From positions 64,001-128,000 of IMG/VR virus record IMGVR_UViG_3300031455_000001: a stretch of 64,000 nt of DNA. One strand, written 5' to 3'. This document shows, piece after piece, positions 1 through 10,295 of this stretch. Under the pieces are notes generated by a model. The model was given only the letters and a program-made list of their open reading frames with translations, did no database searches and was not told the DNA's origin. The first letter of the stretch is position 1; every line of letters begins with the position of its first letter. The position numbers were made by a program, and so were the translations under genes. The DNA comes from a virus.

Positions 1-636
1 ATCTCTTAATATTCTACCTTTAATTCCTACTAATTTGCCAAATCGATTCCTCATAGGTATTGTGATTCTTTTGGACTCAAGATCAAATCCAACTCCATAA
101 TATTTTTGAGTTCTATATGAAATACCTTCCATTAGCCAATCGTATGAAGGGTATGGGATAAAGTCGTTCAATACTGTTTCAGGTAATATAGGGTTAGGCT
201 GTATATTCACATCGTTCTTTCTCTTATTTCTTATTCCTAATAACCAATTTAAACTTGAATCTTTTTGATCTTCTTTAAAAGCATCATTAGCTAAATGCTT
301 TAACCCACAAATGTCACTGATAAAATTCTTTGAATTGTTTAGGTTGCTCTTTATTTCCTCTCCACGCTTGTCAAAGTGGACATAACTGATTAAATCAAAT
401 AGATCAGAAGAAGGAAAGTCTGACTGATTTCTAATAGTAGATGATAATGAATCATTCAATTTCACCTGTACTGCCCTTTTGTTTTTACTGTTAAATTTGC
501 CAAATGGCAGTTGGCACGTGATGAGGTTTCCATTCTGTTCATATTTTACATATTCACAATCAATTTCCTCTAATAACTTTTCGATTTTTTCCGTATTATC
601 TAGGAGATGTTTTTTTATGATTTTGAATACATTCAC
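1..636 (-). CDS. dnaG: DNA primase (DnaG-like), N-terminal part, runs off window
   Basis: Not in ORF track; GTG at 636 after AAGGTGG RBS; reads MNVFKIIKKHLL...VGFDLESKRITIPMRNRFGKLVGIKGRILRD; adjacent to DnaB. Confidence 0.85.
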   Translation of the reverse strand, partial: MNVFKIIKKHLLDNTEKIEKLLEEIDCEYVKYEQNGNLITCQLPFGKFNSKNKRAVQVKLNDSLSSTIRNQSDFPSSDLFDLISYVHFDKRGEEIKSNLNNSKNFISDICGLKHLANDAFKEDQKDSSLNWLLGIRNKRKNDVNIQPNPILPETVLNDFIPYPSYDWLMEGISYRTQKYYGVGFDLESKRITIPMRNRFGKLVGIKGRILRD

Positions 637-664
637 GTTGAAACCACCTTTTTAATACGGAAGC

Positions 665-2188
665 TTACACTTTCGCCATTCTTGTAACATCAAAATAAGC
701 CACTTCTCTCCATGTATTGAAATTATAATTTACATCATAGACAATACCAATATCTGATTCACCTTCTCGATTCTTAGCAATAAACAGCAACATGTATTGC
801 CTTTCTGGTTTTAATTCATATGGCTTCCTACTCCATTTGCCAGAAAGCTTATGTAGTTCCTCGTCCCAATTATAGGCGTGGATTGGGTTTTTACCACCTT
901 CAAATTCGTCATGGTAAATTAATCTACCCATTAAGACTACTCCAGCAACTTCAACTATTTCTAATGATTTACCAACTGATGATAGGTCTAAAGCTCTGTA
1001 TTCCTTACCTATTTTCAGTTGAACCGTTGCTAAGGTGGCGCAATTATTAGCATCTGACTTTATTGAGTCATAAAGTTTTTGTGCTGAATCACTAAATTCT
1101 TGCCAACGTGCATTTTCTCCAGTTCCTACTTCTGGTTTAAATGTGTCAAAGAATACGTATTTATAACCAAGAGGGCGATACAATTCAATCCTGCTGATCA
1201 CATCATCGATTCTATATTTAGTTAGTTCAACAAATTTGATCATGTCTTTTCGATGTGTGTAAAGCCATTCTTTAGCTTCTATGAGCCTATCTTTTGTCTC
1301 TTTGTCAAATTTACCTTCTGCCAACTTAGTTCTGGAGATAGGCTTATTTAAGATGCTTGAAGATACTGTTGCAAGCAGAAGTATTCTCCACTTTAAAACA
1401 CCTTCCTCATTAGCAAATATAATGCCTTTCTCATTATCATGTAGCAAGCTCATTACCCCTGCGTGCATGCCGAATGAAGTCTTACCCATTCCAGAAGATA
1501 AAACTAGATACATCAACGTGCCTTCTTTCCACCCTTTTATCTTCTTGTTTAATCTAGGCGTGTCATGAAAAAGAAGACCCATTGTCTCTCCAGCATCCAT
1601 CATTGCTATTGTCTCATCTAGATCGTCAATAAGATTATGTTCTTTAACCTCACCGCTGTTTACATTCATGAATGCTTCCTTATGTTTGAATTGAAAGTAC
1701 ATTTTTAACTGTTGAAGGTTCATTTGTGCCAATTTGTTCACCAAATTAGTATTATATGTATTGATTAATCCGTTTTTTGCGAATTTCCTTAGTGTTTCAT
1801 ACTTCTGCACTTCACTGAAGTGATATTCATCATTTTCTTTATCTACGTGGCATTCTTCCTTCAATATTTTTATGCTATTATACTCCCCAAACTCTTCATA
1901 ATAATATTGAATACCTTTTTTCCCTTTCTTTTCTTTTCTAGAAGAAACAAATGAATACGCTGTAACATCGTCAAATGTTCTAACGCCATTATCATACATC
2001 TCTTTGCCTAGCCAAAAATAAAAAAACCACTTATTGTTTGTAAAAGTTTCTTTTTCTATATTATGACTTCTATATTTTTGATAAAGAGAAGGTGTTTTCC
2101 ATAGATAACCCACAAATAATTGTTCATGAATTTCACTTGGTACTATAAATTTCTCTTTGCTGTCTATCAATTCTGCCAAATAAAACAC
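665..2188 (-). CDS. dnaB: Replicative DNA helicase (DnaB family)
   Basis: Walker A SSGMGKT, ANEE, FFDTFK, C-terminal IAKNREGE. Confidence 0.9.
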   Translation of the reverse strand: MFYLAELIDSKEKFIVPSEIHEQLFVGYLWKTPSLYQKYRSHNIEKETFTNNKWFFYFWLGKEMYDNGVRTFDDVTAYSFVSSRKEKKGKKGIQYYYEEFGEYNSIKILKEECHVDKENDEYHFSEVQKYETLRKFAKNGLINTYNTNLVNKLAQMNLQQLKMYFQFKHKEAFMNVNSGEVKEHNLIDDLDETIAMMDAGETMGLLFHDTPRLNKKIKGWKEGTLMYLVLSSGMGKTSFGMHAGVMSLLHDNEKGIIFANEEGVLKWRILLLATVSSSILNKPISRTKLAEGKFDKETKDRLIEAKEWLYTHRKDMIKFVELTKYRIDDVISRIELYRPLGYKYVFFDTFKPEVGTGENARWQEFSDSAQKLYDSIKSDANNCATLATVQLKIGKEYRALDLSSVGKSLEIVEVAGVVLMGRLIYHDEFEGGKNPIHAYNWDEELHKLSGKWSRKPYELKPERQYMLLFIAKNREGESDIGIVYDVNYNFNTWREVAYFDVTRMAKV

Positions 2189-2190
2189 CT

Positions 2191-2793
2191 CTAATTCAAT
2201 AAATCTGATATATCCATTTCATCTGTCTTTTTACCTTTGCCACTCTTAGTTTCAACTGTTTTTATAATCTCATTATCAATATTTTGTGCGGCTACTTTTC
2301 TCTCAGCAATAGATTCTCTCATCTCATTTTCTTTAATTCTACTTTCAACGAGTGATAATTTATCACAGACAATAGCAAGTGCGTATCTCAAAGCATTAGT
2401 TAATCCGCCAAAATCTTTTTTTGAGTTCCAGTATTGTATTGTCTCTGAGCAATATTCAAAAGTTTTTGCTATTAGGATATAGCTGTAGCCTTTTTTATAT
2501 TTATAATCATCTCTGCCAAAAAATTTAGTCCCATTACGTAAATCTTGAAGAAAAGGGTATATGCCATTAGGGATGGTTTTTGCTCCATATATCTTCTTTA
2601 TCACTTCAATAAGAATATCTAATTCTTCTTTCTCTTTTGCTTTAAACTTTTTCTCTTTCAAATGGTGAATGTGACATTTTTTGTGATAAAATTTGTTTAC
2701 AGGCTTCTTAACCCCAACAACTTCAATGATCATATCATCTTTATTTGTATCATCGATCTTACACCTTGCACATTTTCTTGTTTTTTTTGCCAA
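2191..2793 (-). CDS. Zn-finger replication protein, putative helicase loader
   Basis: CxxC...HxxC N-terminus; directly upstream of dnaB. Confidence 0.5.
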   Translation of the reverse strand: MAKKTRKCARCKIDDTNKDDMIIEVVGVKKPVNKFYHKKCHIHHLKEKKFKAKEKEELDILIEVIKKIYGAKTIPNGIYPFLQDLRNGTKFFGRDDYKYKKGYSYILIAKTFEYCSETIQYWNSKKDFGGLTNALRYALAIVCDKLSLVESRIKENEMRESIAERKVAAQNIDNEIIKTVETKSGKGKKTDEMDISDLLN

Positions 2794-2818
2794 ATCAACA
2801 ACCTCCTAACGTATATTA

Positions 2819-2847
2819 ATTATACCATTATTTATTGCTATTGTCAA
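2819..2847 (-). promoter_or_regulatory. sigma-A promoter for loader-dnaB-primase
   Basis: TTGACA-17-TATAAT with extended TG on minus strand. Confidence 0.8.
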
Positions 2848-2859
2848 GGCTATATGATA

Positions 2860-2888
2860 AATGGACACCCTTTTGGAGTGTCCATTTA
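2860..2888. terminator. Hairpin, probable intrinsic terminator
   Basis: aaatggacaccc-tttt-ggagtgtccattt just past the 2893 stop. Confidence 0.55.
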
Positions 2889-2892
2889 CTTA

Positions 2893-3438
2893 TCAAAGCT
2901 TTCTCTTTAAAAACATCTTTGTCTCTACATTATTTGAAAATTCTAATATCATAGATACAGCTAGAGGCATTTCTTCTTTGCTGATATTGCTGGTGTTAAT
3001 GTTTAAGGCTAACGATTGACCTAAATTACTAGACAGTACCTCATCGTACTTTTCTAAAATAGATCTTACATTTTCTGACTTAATCATATCATCGCCGCGC
3101 GCCATCATTCTATTTTTTATTTTTTCTTCCGATGCAGTAACATATACCATCAGTGCATTTTTACTGGTTTTATCTGCCAATTCATCAAACTGTAGATAAT
3201 TCATTAGAGGATAGTCAAATAATGTTCCATATACCAAATTAGACATATAAAATCTATCAATGATTATATTCTCACGATCCAACAACTTAGACATATGATC
3301 GTACATTCCATCTCCGCCAAGCTCAGAGATTTGAAATGAAGACCCTTTTACAATTTTATAGCCTGTTTTTTTAGAAAGCAACTCTGCTATTGTTGATTTT
3401 CCAGCACAATCACAGCCTTCAATGATAATTATAGACAT
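2893..3438 (-). CDS. Nucleotide monophosphate (dTMP-like) kinase
   Basis: IIIEGCDCAGKST P-loop and IIDRF motif. Confidence 0.85.
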   Translation of the reverse strand: MSIIIIEGCDCAGKSTIAELLSKKTGYKIVKGSSFQISELGGDGMYDHMSKLLDRENIIIDRFYMSNLVYGTLFDYPLMNYLQFDELADKTSKNALMVYVTASEEKIKNRMMARGDDMIKSENVRSILEKYDEVLSSNLGQSLALNINTSNISKEEMPLAVSMILEFSNNVETKMFLKRKL

Positions 3439-3442
3439 CTAT

Positions 3443-4225
3443 TCACTTTCCTTCTCTCAATACAGTTATTGTTGCGCTCTGCCTTCCAAAATTTAATGCC
3501 TCATCTGTGCTACCCACTAGGAAATCGACTATATTTCCATTAATAGCTCCTCCAGTGTCAAGGCTGACGGCTTCAAATACTTCACCATTATTCAGCTCCA
3601 CACTGACAATGGAGTGCATTGGTATTACATTGGGATCAGTTGCGATAATTCTTCTACCTTCATAGTAAATGGTATCCCTTACATCAACGCCTGTAGCTGT
3701 TACGCCTGTGCATCCTTCAGCGCACATACCGATATAGGCTGTCATCTCTGCATTTATTTGACGACCACTTGCAACTTGAGCTTCAGTTTCTACAATGTCA
3801 ATTGCGTCCACAACACTTCCTTCGTCATCAATCTTAAAATTTACTTCTGCAACCTCTTGTTTTTCCAATTCCAATTGTAACTGACTTGACTTTTCTTTTT
3901 CCGATACCAATTCTGACTCTAACTGCTCAACTTGACTGACTAATGTGTCAATACTATCTTTCTGCTCATTGATTTGAAGTTCCTGCTCATCGATAACCTC
4001 TGTCTTGGCATTCAAATCATTATCCTTATCCTCAATAAAAACCTCTAGGTTGGCTATCTCGGTTGACTTATTTTTTATGTCATCCTGTAGTTCAATGTTT
4101 TCATTAATTGACTCACTATATAAGTGTTGTGTGTAGAGTAAGGCAGATACTACGCAAACTGTTAAAGTCAATGCCAATGCTGTGCTAACCTTTTTTATTG
4201 TTTTGTTATTTTTCATAACTATCAC
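3443..4225 (-). CDS. Secreted coiled-coil + 3D-domain cell-wall protein
   Basis: Signal/TM, coiled coil, TAY...TATG...IATDPNVIP...DTGGAINGNIVD. Confidence 0.85.
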   Translation of the reverse strand: MIVMKNNKTIKKVSTALALTLTVCVVSALLYTQHLYSESINENIELQDDIKNKSTEIANLEVFIEDKDNDLNAKTEVIDEQELQINEQKDSIDTLVSQVEQLESELVSEKEKSSQLQLELEKQEVAEVNFKIDDEGSVVDAIDIVETEAQVASGRQINAEMTAYIGMCAEGCTGVTATGVDVRDTIYYEGRRIIATDPNVIPMHSIVSVELNNGEVFEAVSLDTGGAINGNIVDFLVGSTDEALNFGRQSATITVLREGK

Positions 4226-4314
4226 TCCTAGAATCGTTACTCTAGAGTTTTATTGAGAGGATTATAAAATATTATAGGTTAGGAGAAAAATCTCCCAACC
4301 TATGTTTTTATGTA

Positions 4315-5358
4315 TTAAGCTTTACTTTTTACAAATTCTAATGCTTTGGATAATTCAACTTCATCATCTGATTTTCTATAGTCAACACTTCCTAGATGTT
4401 CTTTGAAATAAGCGCCGCACTCTTTCTTATCTGCAACTTTTAAATCTTTAACGATCAGTCCAATTTCCTCGATAAGCTCATCTGCTGTCTTAACATTTTT
4501 AACACTGTCAACATAAGATTCAACTTTTTTATCTTGTTCAACCTTTTGTTCTTTTTTAGCCTTTTCTACAGCTTTTTTATCTCCACCATACTCTGCTAGA
4601 ATAGCCTCTTCTACAGTATCGATGAAAAGCTTAAAACCATATTCAATTCTATTTGGAACATGGTTGAACCGACTTCCAGCTTCAAGACCAGATTCTCCAC
4701 GGAAATACATATATCGTTTGTCTACTGGAACACCTTTGATTAGTTCTTTAGTCAATTCAATAAAAACAATGAAGTCAACCATGTTTAATACAAGATCTCT
4801 CACACGACCGCTTAGAGAGAGTATTGTCTTGTCATATTTTAACCCTTCACGTGTTTCAAACTGCTTATCCTTATCATGTGTTAGAAAAAACAAAGAAAAT
4901 CCTGCTCGATCTAACTTTGAAATCTGATCGCCCATCTCACGTTCTAACAATTCGTATCCTTTGCCATATGCCAAGTCATTAATTGCCGTATATCGCTTTC
5001 CATCTTTACGTGATTGAGTTTTTAATACATAATCTGTAGCCATCTTACCCATTACGTCAACTGTATCTAGAGCTAAGACTTTATACGTAATGTCATCTTT
5101 GCTTTCTACTAGTTCATCTACCAGCTCAATAAAGTCATTCCAATCATTAATATCATCTGCATGAACTCCATCTAGTGCGCTATATCCTTTTTCAAAAGCG
5201 ATAAGAAGCAATTTTGATAAATCACCATCGAACTTTTCTTTGATGATTCCATGAATTAAAGATGTTTTTCCACTTTTTGGACGTCCAGCAATAATGTATT
5301 TATATTGAAAAACGTCTGCGACAACTTTATGACCTTTTACCTTAGACAATCTACTCAT
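4315..5358 (-). CDS. AAA ATPase, Sak4-like single-strand annealing protein
   Basis: GRPKSGKT, LALDTVD, YGKGY, EAGSRF; next to SSB. Confidence 0.75.
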   Translation of the reverse strand: MSRLSKVKGHKVVADVFQYKYIIAGRPKSGKTSLIHGIIKEKFDGDLSKLLLIAFEKGYSALDGVHADDINDWNDFIELVDELVESKDDITYKVLALDTVDVMGKMATDYVLKTQSRKDGKRYTAINDLAYGKGYELLEREMGDQISKLDRAGFSLFFLTHDKDKQFETREGLKYDKTILSLSGRVRDLVLNMVDFIVFIELTKELIKGVPVDKRYMYFRGESGLEAGSRFNHVPNRIEYGFKLFIDTVEEAILAEYGGDKKAVEKAKKEQKVEQDKKVESYVDSVKNVKTADELIEEIGLIVKDLKVADKKECGAYFKEHLGSVDYRKSDDEVELSKALEFVKSKA

Positions 5359-5475
5359 TTATTTAATTTTCCCCTTTTTCTCCATTATTTATGGAGCAGG
5401 GGGATTTCCTGCTGTTTTTTAATACCCTATGTTTTATATGTGTTATACCGTTATTTTATGTAATTGTTACATGTA

Positions 5476-5501
5476 TTAGCAATAATTCGGGTGTTCTGTT
5501 A
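5476..5501 (+). repeat. 26-bp TTAGCAATAA-N8-TTCTGTTA element
   Basis: 36 bp identical to 13792-13827; more copies at 17370 and four at 32039-32239. Confidence 0.85.
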
Positions 5502-5539
5502 TATGTTTTTTACAACATCTCATAAATTCAGCTTATGAA

Positions 5540-6658
5540 TCAAAACGGAAGGTCGTCTTCATCTTCTTCATCATCATCTACTTCAAATGGGTTAGAAGAC
5601 TTTTTATTCTTGCCACCAAATTCATTGGAATCATCTTCTACTAATTCATCTTTTACAAAGTCGTCTTCTGTATAAACTGCTTTATCCCATCCTTCGACAC
5701 CATTAACCTGCATCTCATTGATATAATTCGTCACAGTGTATGTCTCTGCATGTTTTGGTTTTTGCTTACCACCGAAATCCTTAAACAGATCATCGTCATC
5801 ATCTTCATCTGACTCAACCTCTGTTTTCAAAGCTTTATTCCAAGTTTCTCCATGCAAAGTTAAGACATCACCAAACTTAACCTTATCCTTGATGGTCGAC
5901 ACCATTTTCACCATGCCTTTGTCCGTCTCGCCATTTTCATCAACCCAACGGATAACCATTGTCGTATCATGCCAATCTTCTTTAAAGTCAATAATTCGAC
6001 CAGACAGATAAGCAACTGATTCTTTTTTATCAATATCGATTCCTAGATAAACAATATCTTGCTCAAAGTATGAAACCTCTTCAAATTTCTCATCTTCAAA
6101 ATCGATATCTTTAATCTTGAAGCATCGTTCAATAACGTATTGTTTTTGTTCTACTTCTTGACCTTGTTGATTAGTCCAACGGCTATAACGAATCTCGCCC
6201 TCAATAACAACACTGTCGTCATTAGTCAGGTTTTCATATATCTCTTGAATCGCTACATAATGTGGCAATCCTCTAGTAATCAATTTTCCTTTATCATCAA
6301 GATCAAACCCGATTCGTGACTGAATAACAGCCCAACCATCCTCACGAAGATCGTCTTCAGTTTCTTCCCAAGTTCCAAAAGGAATTTTTTTTCCTTTAAA
6401 GTTTTCATCTTTCTTCCTAAGCTCACTATTCCACATGAACACTTCTGTTGGCTCGTATTCAAAGCGTGTGACATTGATTCTATTTGTATCAGAAGTCTTT
6501 ACTCCAAAGCGAATGCTACGATATGTCTGACCTTGCCGATTGCCTTCCTTGGTTTGTTCCTCTTCTTTATAAGCACCTTGCTGATCAATACCAGCAACCT
6601 TACCAATTACTTTAAATTTGCTTTTTGATTGTACTAATTTTGCTTTTTCTTTTGCCAT
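5540..6658 (-). CDS. Single-stranded DNA-binding protein
   Basis: OB-like segments, acidic tail ending DDLPF. Confidence 0.75.
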   Translation of the reverse strand: MAKEKAKLVQSKSKFKVIGKVAGIDQQGAYKEEEQTKEGNRQGQTYRSIRFGVKTSDTNRINVTRFEYEPTEVFMWNSELRKKDENFKGKKIPFGTWEETEDDLREDGWAVIQSRIGFDLDDKGKLITRGLPHYVAIQEIYENLTNDDSVVIEGEIRYSRWTNQQGQEVEQKQYVIERCFKIKDIDFEDEKFEEVSYFEQDIVYLGIDIDKKESVAYLSGRIIDFKEDWHDTTMVIRWVDENGETDKGMVKMVSTIKDKVKFGDVLTLHGETWNKALKTEVESDEDDDDDLFKDFGGKQKPKHAETYTVTNYINEMQVNGVEGWDKAVYTEDDFVKDELVEDDSNEFGGKNKKSSNPFEVDDDEEDEDDLPF

Positions 6659-6755
6659 ATTACTAAATTCTCCCCCATTATACTATTATTTATAACACTT
6701 GCATAAAAAATTGGAGGAAAAAGAGTCTCACCTTTTCCCTCACTCAATATATTAA

Positions 6756-6784
6756 ATTATACCATAATTATTGGTTTTTGTCAA
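6756..6784 (-). promoter_or_regulatory. sigma-A promoter
   Basis: TTGACA-17-TATAAT. Confidence 0.75.
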
Positions 6785-6788
6785 ATCG

Positions 6789-7163
6789 TTATATTACATA
6801 CTTTACAACATTCGTCAAAGGGTTGATCCTAAGATCATTGAAAATACTGTCCAGATTAACCTTTCCCTCTTCTACCGCCATTTTAACCATACTCATCTCA
6901 CTTACACTAAATCCTCTTTGGAAAGCGTTCTCAAAGCTTGCCTTGTAACCTTCTGTCTCACACATGATGATGAAAGCAGATAGCCCCATATCTACGGTCA
7001 TCATCTTATGCATTGCGTAATCGTGAAGATCGTCAAAAGCGAAATCATTCTTATTGTAAAACTGTATGTAAAACACTCTAAACTCTTCGAGTGTTCTAAT
7101 CACACTTAAAGCAAACTTTCTTGGTAATTCAAATTGCTCAATTAACTGGACGATTTTTTCCAT
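6789..7163 (-). CDS. Hypothetical protein
   Basis: ORF with GGGGAG RBS. Confidence 0.75.
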   Translation of the reverse strand: MEKIVQLIEQFELPRKFALSVIRTLEEFRVFYIQFYNKNDFAFDDLHDYAMHKMMTVDMGLSAFIIMCETEGYKASFENAFQRGFSVSEMSMVKMAVEEGKVNLDSIFNDLRINPLTNVVKYVI

Positions 7164-7223
7164 TAATGCATCTCTCCCCTATCAATGTAATATTATAGTA
7201 ACATAGGCAATAATATCTGTCTA

Positions 7224-7553
7224 CTACTTTTTTAATGGATATTTTTTTTTGAATATTTCCTTTTCTTTTTTAACTTTATCCACATCAACATCGATAATTT
7301 GGAAAAAATCGTTATAATTTAATCTTAACACTTCGGCTATAGCATGAGCGTACAGAAGTTTCCATGTCGCCCGATTAGATAGGAGGTTCATGAAACCCTT
7401 ATATGTCAAATCTAATCCGTAACGGTCTGTAATCCTCCTGTGTAGCTCTGTATAATCTACTCCTTGCTGATCCATGAACTGCTTTAATTTCACCTTGTCC
7501 AGCACCATATCCTTCTTATGGATTGTTGGTGTTCTGATCTTTTTCTCCTCCAT
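7224..7553 (-). CDS. Putative Cro/Xre-like HTH regulator
   Basis: LKQFM...YTELH...AIAEVL helix pattern; coupled to the integrase-like gene. Confidence 0.55.
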   Translation of the reverse strand: MEEKKIRTPTIHKKDMVLDKVKLKQFMDQQGVDYTELHRRITDRYGLDLTYKGFMNLLSNRATWKLLYAHAIAEVLRLNYNDFFQIIDVDVDKVKKEKEIFKKKYPLKK

Positions 7554-7559
7554 TTAATA

Positions 7560-8633
7560 TCATCCCTTCGTCCCATATGTCTTCTCGATGTTTTCAACAG
7601 TCACGATGCCTTTTAAATTATGATAAGAAGCAATATTAAATCTGTCTGCAATTATTTTTAATTCTACAATTGAAATTTCTGGTTTACCATCTGTTATAAA
7701 TTCTCTTGCCTGATGAATCATACCACTACGTTGAATATACTTTGCAGTTAGGTTGTCAATTTTCAAACTATCTGCAATTGTTTGTATTCTTCTATATACT
7801 ACGAATTTATCCACAGGTGCATTATGATTAATTGTCTTTGTTATGGACGCTCTGACTACATATTCATTCTTGACTAAGTCGTTAAAATTTCTGATATTAG
7901 ATATTTCTTCCATATCTCCATTTTTCTTAACGTATATACTCTTTTCAATAGCTCCTGCAATCAATGATAGCGTTCTGTCATCCACTTTTACAATTCTTTC
8001 AGTAAATCTAAGAGGCTTGCCATTGTCATCGTATTTTAAAGTGTTGAATAAGTGTAATTCCTTTTTATCCCAATCAATATCATTCTTAGTTAAGTTTCTT
8101 ATTTCACTCATTTGCTTACCACCAACACCCATAAATAGCAGACGGATAATTACTGAATCTTGATAATTTACACATGATTCTTCATATCTTATCAAGTCTT
8201 CATTTGTAAAATAAATTTCACTATTAGTTAGATATTTTTGGAAATCATTGGGTTTTAAGTTATAAAGTGGGTTAAACATTACATAGCCACTTTGAACACT
8301 CCAGTTGATATAACTTGAAATTATTCTGCTATAACTTTCAATTGTGTTTCGGTTATTCGCTTTAAATCCAAAAAGAATTACTTCAATTTCCTCTAATGTA
8401 AATTCTGAGAGGTCTTTCTCCAATAAAGACTCATTGGCATATGTTAAGCCAAATATTCTCAAGTAGCTTCTAGATGTTTCCTCTGATATGACATTAGAAC
8501 CGATCATGTAGCTTATAAAGTCCATTTTTCTTTCTTCTCTGTACAAAGGGTTGTTTTTCTCTACAATTGTCATCGTCACTATAACCACTCTCCTGCTTTG
8601 CGTTTTTTTATTGCCTAAATATATTATACCCAT
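7560..8633 (-). CDS. Tyrosine-recombinase-fold protein, probably a catalytically inactive repressor (YopR/MrpR/SroF-like)
   Basis: Int-like core; catalytic R box reads GVGGKQMSEI and HxxR box reads YIQRSG; true start probably GTG at 8579. Confidence 0.7.
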   Translation of the reverse strand: MGIIYLGNKKTQSRRVVIVTMTIVEKNNPLYREERKMDFISYMIGSNVISEETSRSYLRIFGLTYANESLLEKDLSEFTLEEIEVILFGFKANNRNTIESYSRIISSYINWSVQSGYVMFNPLYNLKPNDFQKYLTNSEIYFTNEDLIRYEESCVNYQDSVIIRLLFMGVGGKQMSEIRNLTKNDIDWDKKELHLFNTLKYDDNGKPLRFTERIVKVDDRTLSLIAGAIEKSIYVKKNGDMEEISNIRNFNDLVKNEYVVRASITKTINHNAPVDKFVVYRRIQTIADSLKIDNLTAKYIQRSGMIHQAREFITDGKPEISIVELKIIADRFNIASYHNLKGIVTVENIEKTYGTKG

Positions 8634-8917
8634 TATTTAATACATTTATTCCTCTTATATAAAAAATAATAGCATATTTTTTTTTATTAGTCAAAATTGA
8701 CTTGTCGAAATATGTCTATTGAGAAATTATGGGTAATCGACAATTTTATAAAACACTTCTGCGTCCACAGGGAGAATCTTAAAAGATCGTCAAATCTTTA
8801 AGATAACAGCATCAGTAACTATGTGTGTTTTGGTTTTAAATCACCTTTGTTGATATTATTATACTTACAACGTTCCTTGTATATATTTTATCACAAATAA
8901 TAGTATAAGTCAATAGC

Positions 8918-9352
8918 CTATAGTCCGAAAACCTTTAAATTTTCATCATAAATTGACCAGTCAAGTGTTTTATGACGATCTTTTATATGGTTCATCCATA
9001 CCGTAATAACTTTATTGTTGCTTAAACTGTAAACAACGTGAATATTATAACATCTGTTCACTATAGACTTCGATCTAAGAACTACTCTTTCTTGATATGT
9101 ATCCTCAAATTTCAATTTATCAATTTTATATTCAATAAGTTCTGAATTGTGAATTGCTGAGGTTAAATCTTTTTTCGTTATTTTAATTCCCTTTTCCAAT
9201 GATCTGATGAATGTATGATCTGTAAAGATCCATTCATCCTCTTTCACTTTTTTTAATCTGCTCCAAATAGATGAAGCTTCTTCCCTTGTCATCTGCGATC
9301 CATGCTTTCTTTTTCCTGCATATTTAGCAAGATCGTATTGCTTCACAATCAT
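8918..9352 (-). CDS. DUF4258-like protein
   Basis: FTDHTFIRSLEKGI...LIEY...HVVYSL...VITVW. Confidence 0.6.
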   Translation of the reverse strand: MIVKQYDLAKYAGKRKHGSQMTREEASSIWSRLKKVKEDEWIFTDHTFIRSLEKGIKITKKDLTSAIHNSELIEYKIDKLKFEDTYQERVVLRSKSIVNRCYNIHVVYSLSNNKVITVWMNHIKDRHKTLDWSIYDENLKVFGL

Positions 9353-9426
9353 TACAATACCTCCTATATCATTATTTTTTGTATTTAAGGGAGATTACGA
9401 ATGGTTGATGCAATCTCCCTCTGTGT

Positions 9427-9843
9427 TTAGCTTAACTCTTTTTCGCCTTGATTCTGTTCATTGCATAGCTCTTTAAACTTCTTCTCATCTCTATCTGTTA
9501 AAGCTTGATTAATTCTTTGTTGAGGAACTTCTTTAAGCACATGATTTAGCAGGCTTTCAACATCCTCATTTAAAACATATTCATTTTCCACTCCAAGATA
9601 TGGTTCTAACATTGCATCCGTAAACCTATGTAGTCTGTTGCTGTCAATTCCCAACTTGTAATACTTTCCATCCTCAATATCTACAATTGTGGCAGTCAGT
9701 CCACGATACTCTTTCATTCTGTGAGAGAATACCTCTGAAACATCGCTTTGATTATTTGAGTATTTCGCATTGACCACTAGAGAATTTTTCACGACTACAG
9801 ACTGACCTACTTTAAATTGAAGGTTATCATTTTTGCTCTCCAT
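9427..9843 (-). CDS. IDEAL-domain protein
   Basis: C-terminal RINQALTDRDEKKFKELC. Confidence 0.65.
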   Translation of the reverse strand: MESKNDNLQFKVGQSVVVKNSLVVNAKYSNNQSDVSEVFSHRMKEYRGLTATIVDIEDGKYYKLGIDSNRLHRFTDAMLEPYLGVENEYVLNEDVESLLNHVLKEVPQQRINQALTDRDEKKFKELCNEQNQGEKELS

Positions 9844-9865
9844 TCAAATCACTCCCTTATAGTTG

Positions 9866-10153
9866 TTATTCAATGCTCTCAACGATCGTTACTGTACCTT
9901 CAAATACACCAAATACGGTGTCAGCTTGGAATATGTATGTTTCTGCTTTATCATTTTCAGTCATCGGTCTTGTAAGATACCAGAGAGTATCATCTTTCCA
10001 CGTGACATTAACGAGTTTTTCACCAATAGGTAATTCATGTGTGTAACTACCACCAAAATTTCTAGACTTCCATTGATCGCAACCAGTTAAGGCAAGTACC
10101 GATGTTAAAATTAACACAATCATAAGGGTTTTAATCCTACTCATTAAAATCAC
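9866..10153 (-). CDS. Lipoprotein
   Basis: Signal peptide with LTGC lipobox. Confidence 0.75.
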   Translation of the reverse strand: MILMSRIKTLMIVLILTSVLALTGCDQWKSRNFGGSYTHELPIGEKLVNVTWKDDTLWYLTRPMTENDKAETYIFQADTVFGVFEGTVTIVESIE

Positions 10154-10295
10154 CTCTTCGCAATTTATCTTTCACTTCTTTTCTATTATTCTTTTTCTTT
10201 TTATCTTCTTTGATTTTTGTAACAGGACTAATAGTTCCCCAATTATTCCGTGAATTAGTAATAGAACCGATTGTTTTCTTTTTCTTCTTAGCCAT
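10137..10295 (-). CDS. Small basic hypothetical protein (52 aa)
   Basis: Hand-translated MAKKKKKTIGS...; overlaps both neighbours. Confidence 0.55.
   Translation of the reverse strand: MAKKKKKTIGSITNSRNNWGTISPVTKIKEDKKKKNNRKEVKDKLRRGDFNE

Noticed and set aside
8640-9400. Arbitrium (aimR/aimP) locus expected in SPbeta-like phages
   Set aside because: No TPR regulator or secreted pro-peptide ORF found here or elsewhere in the window
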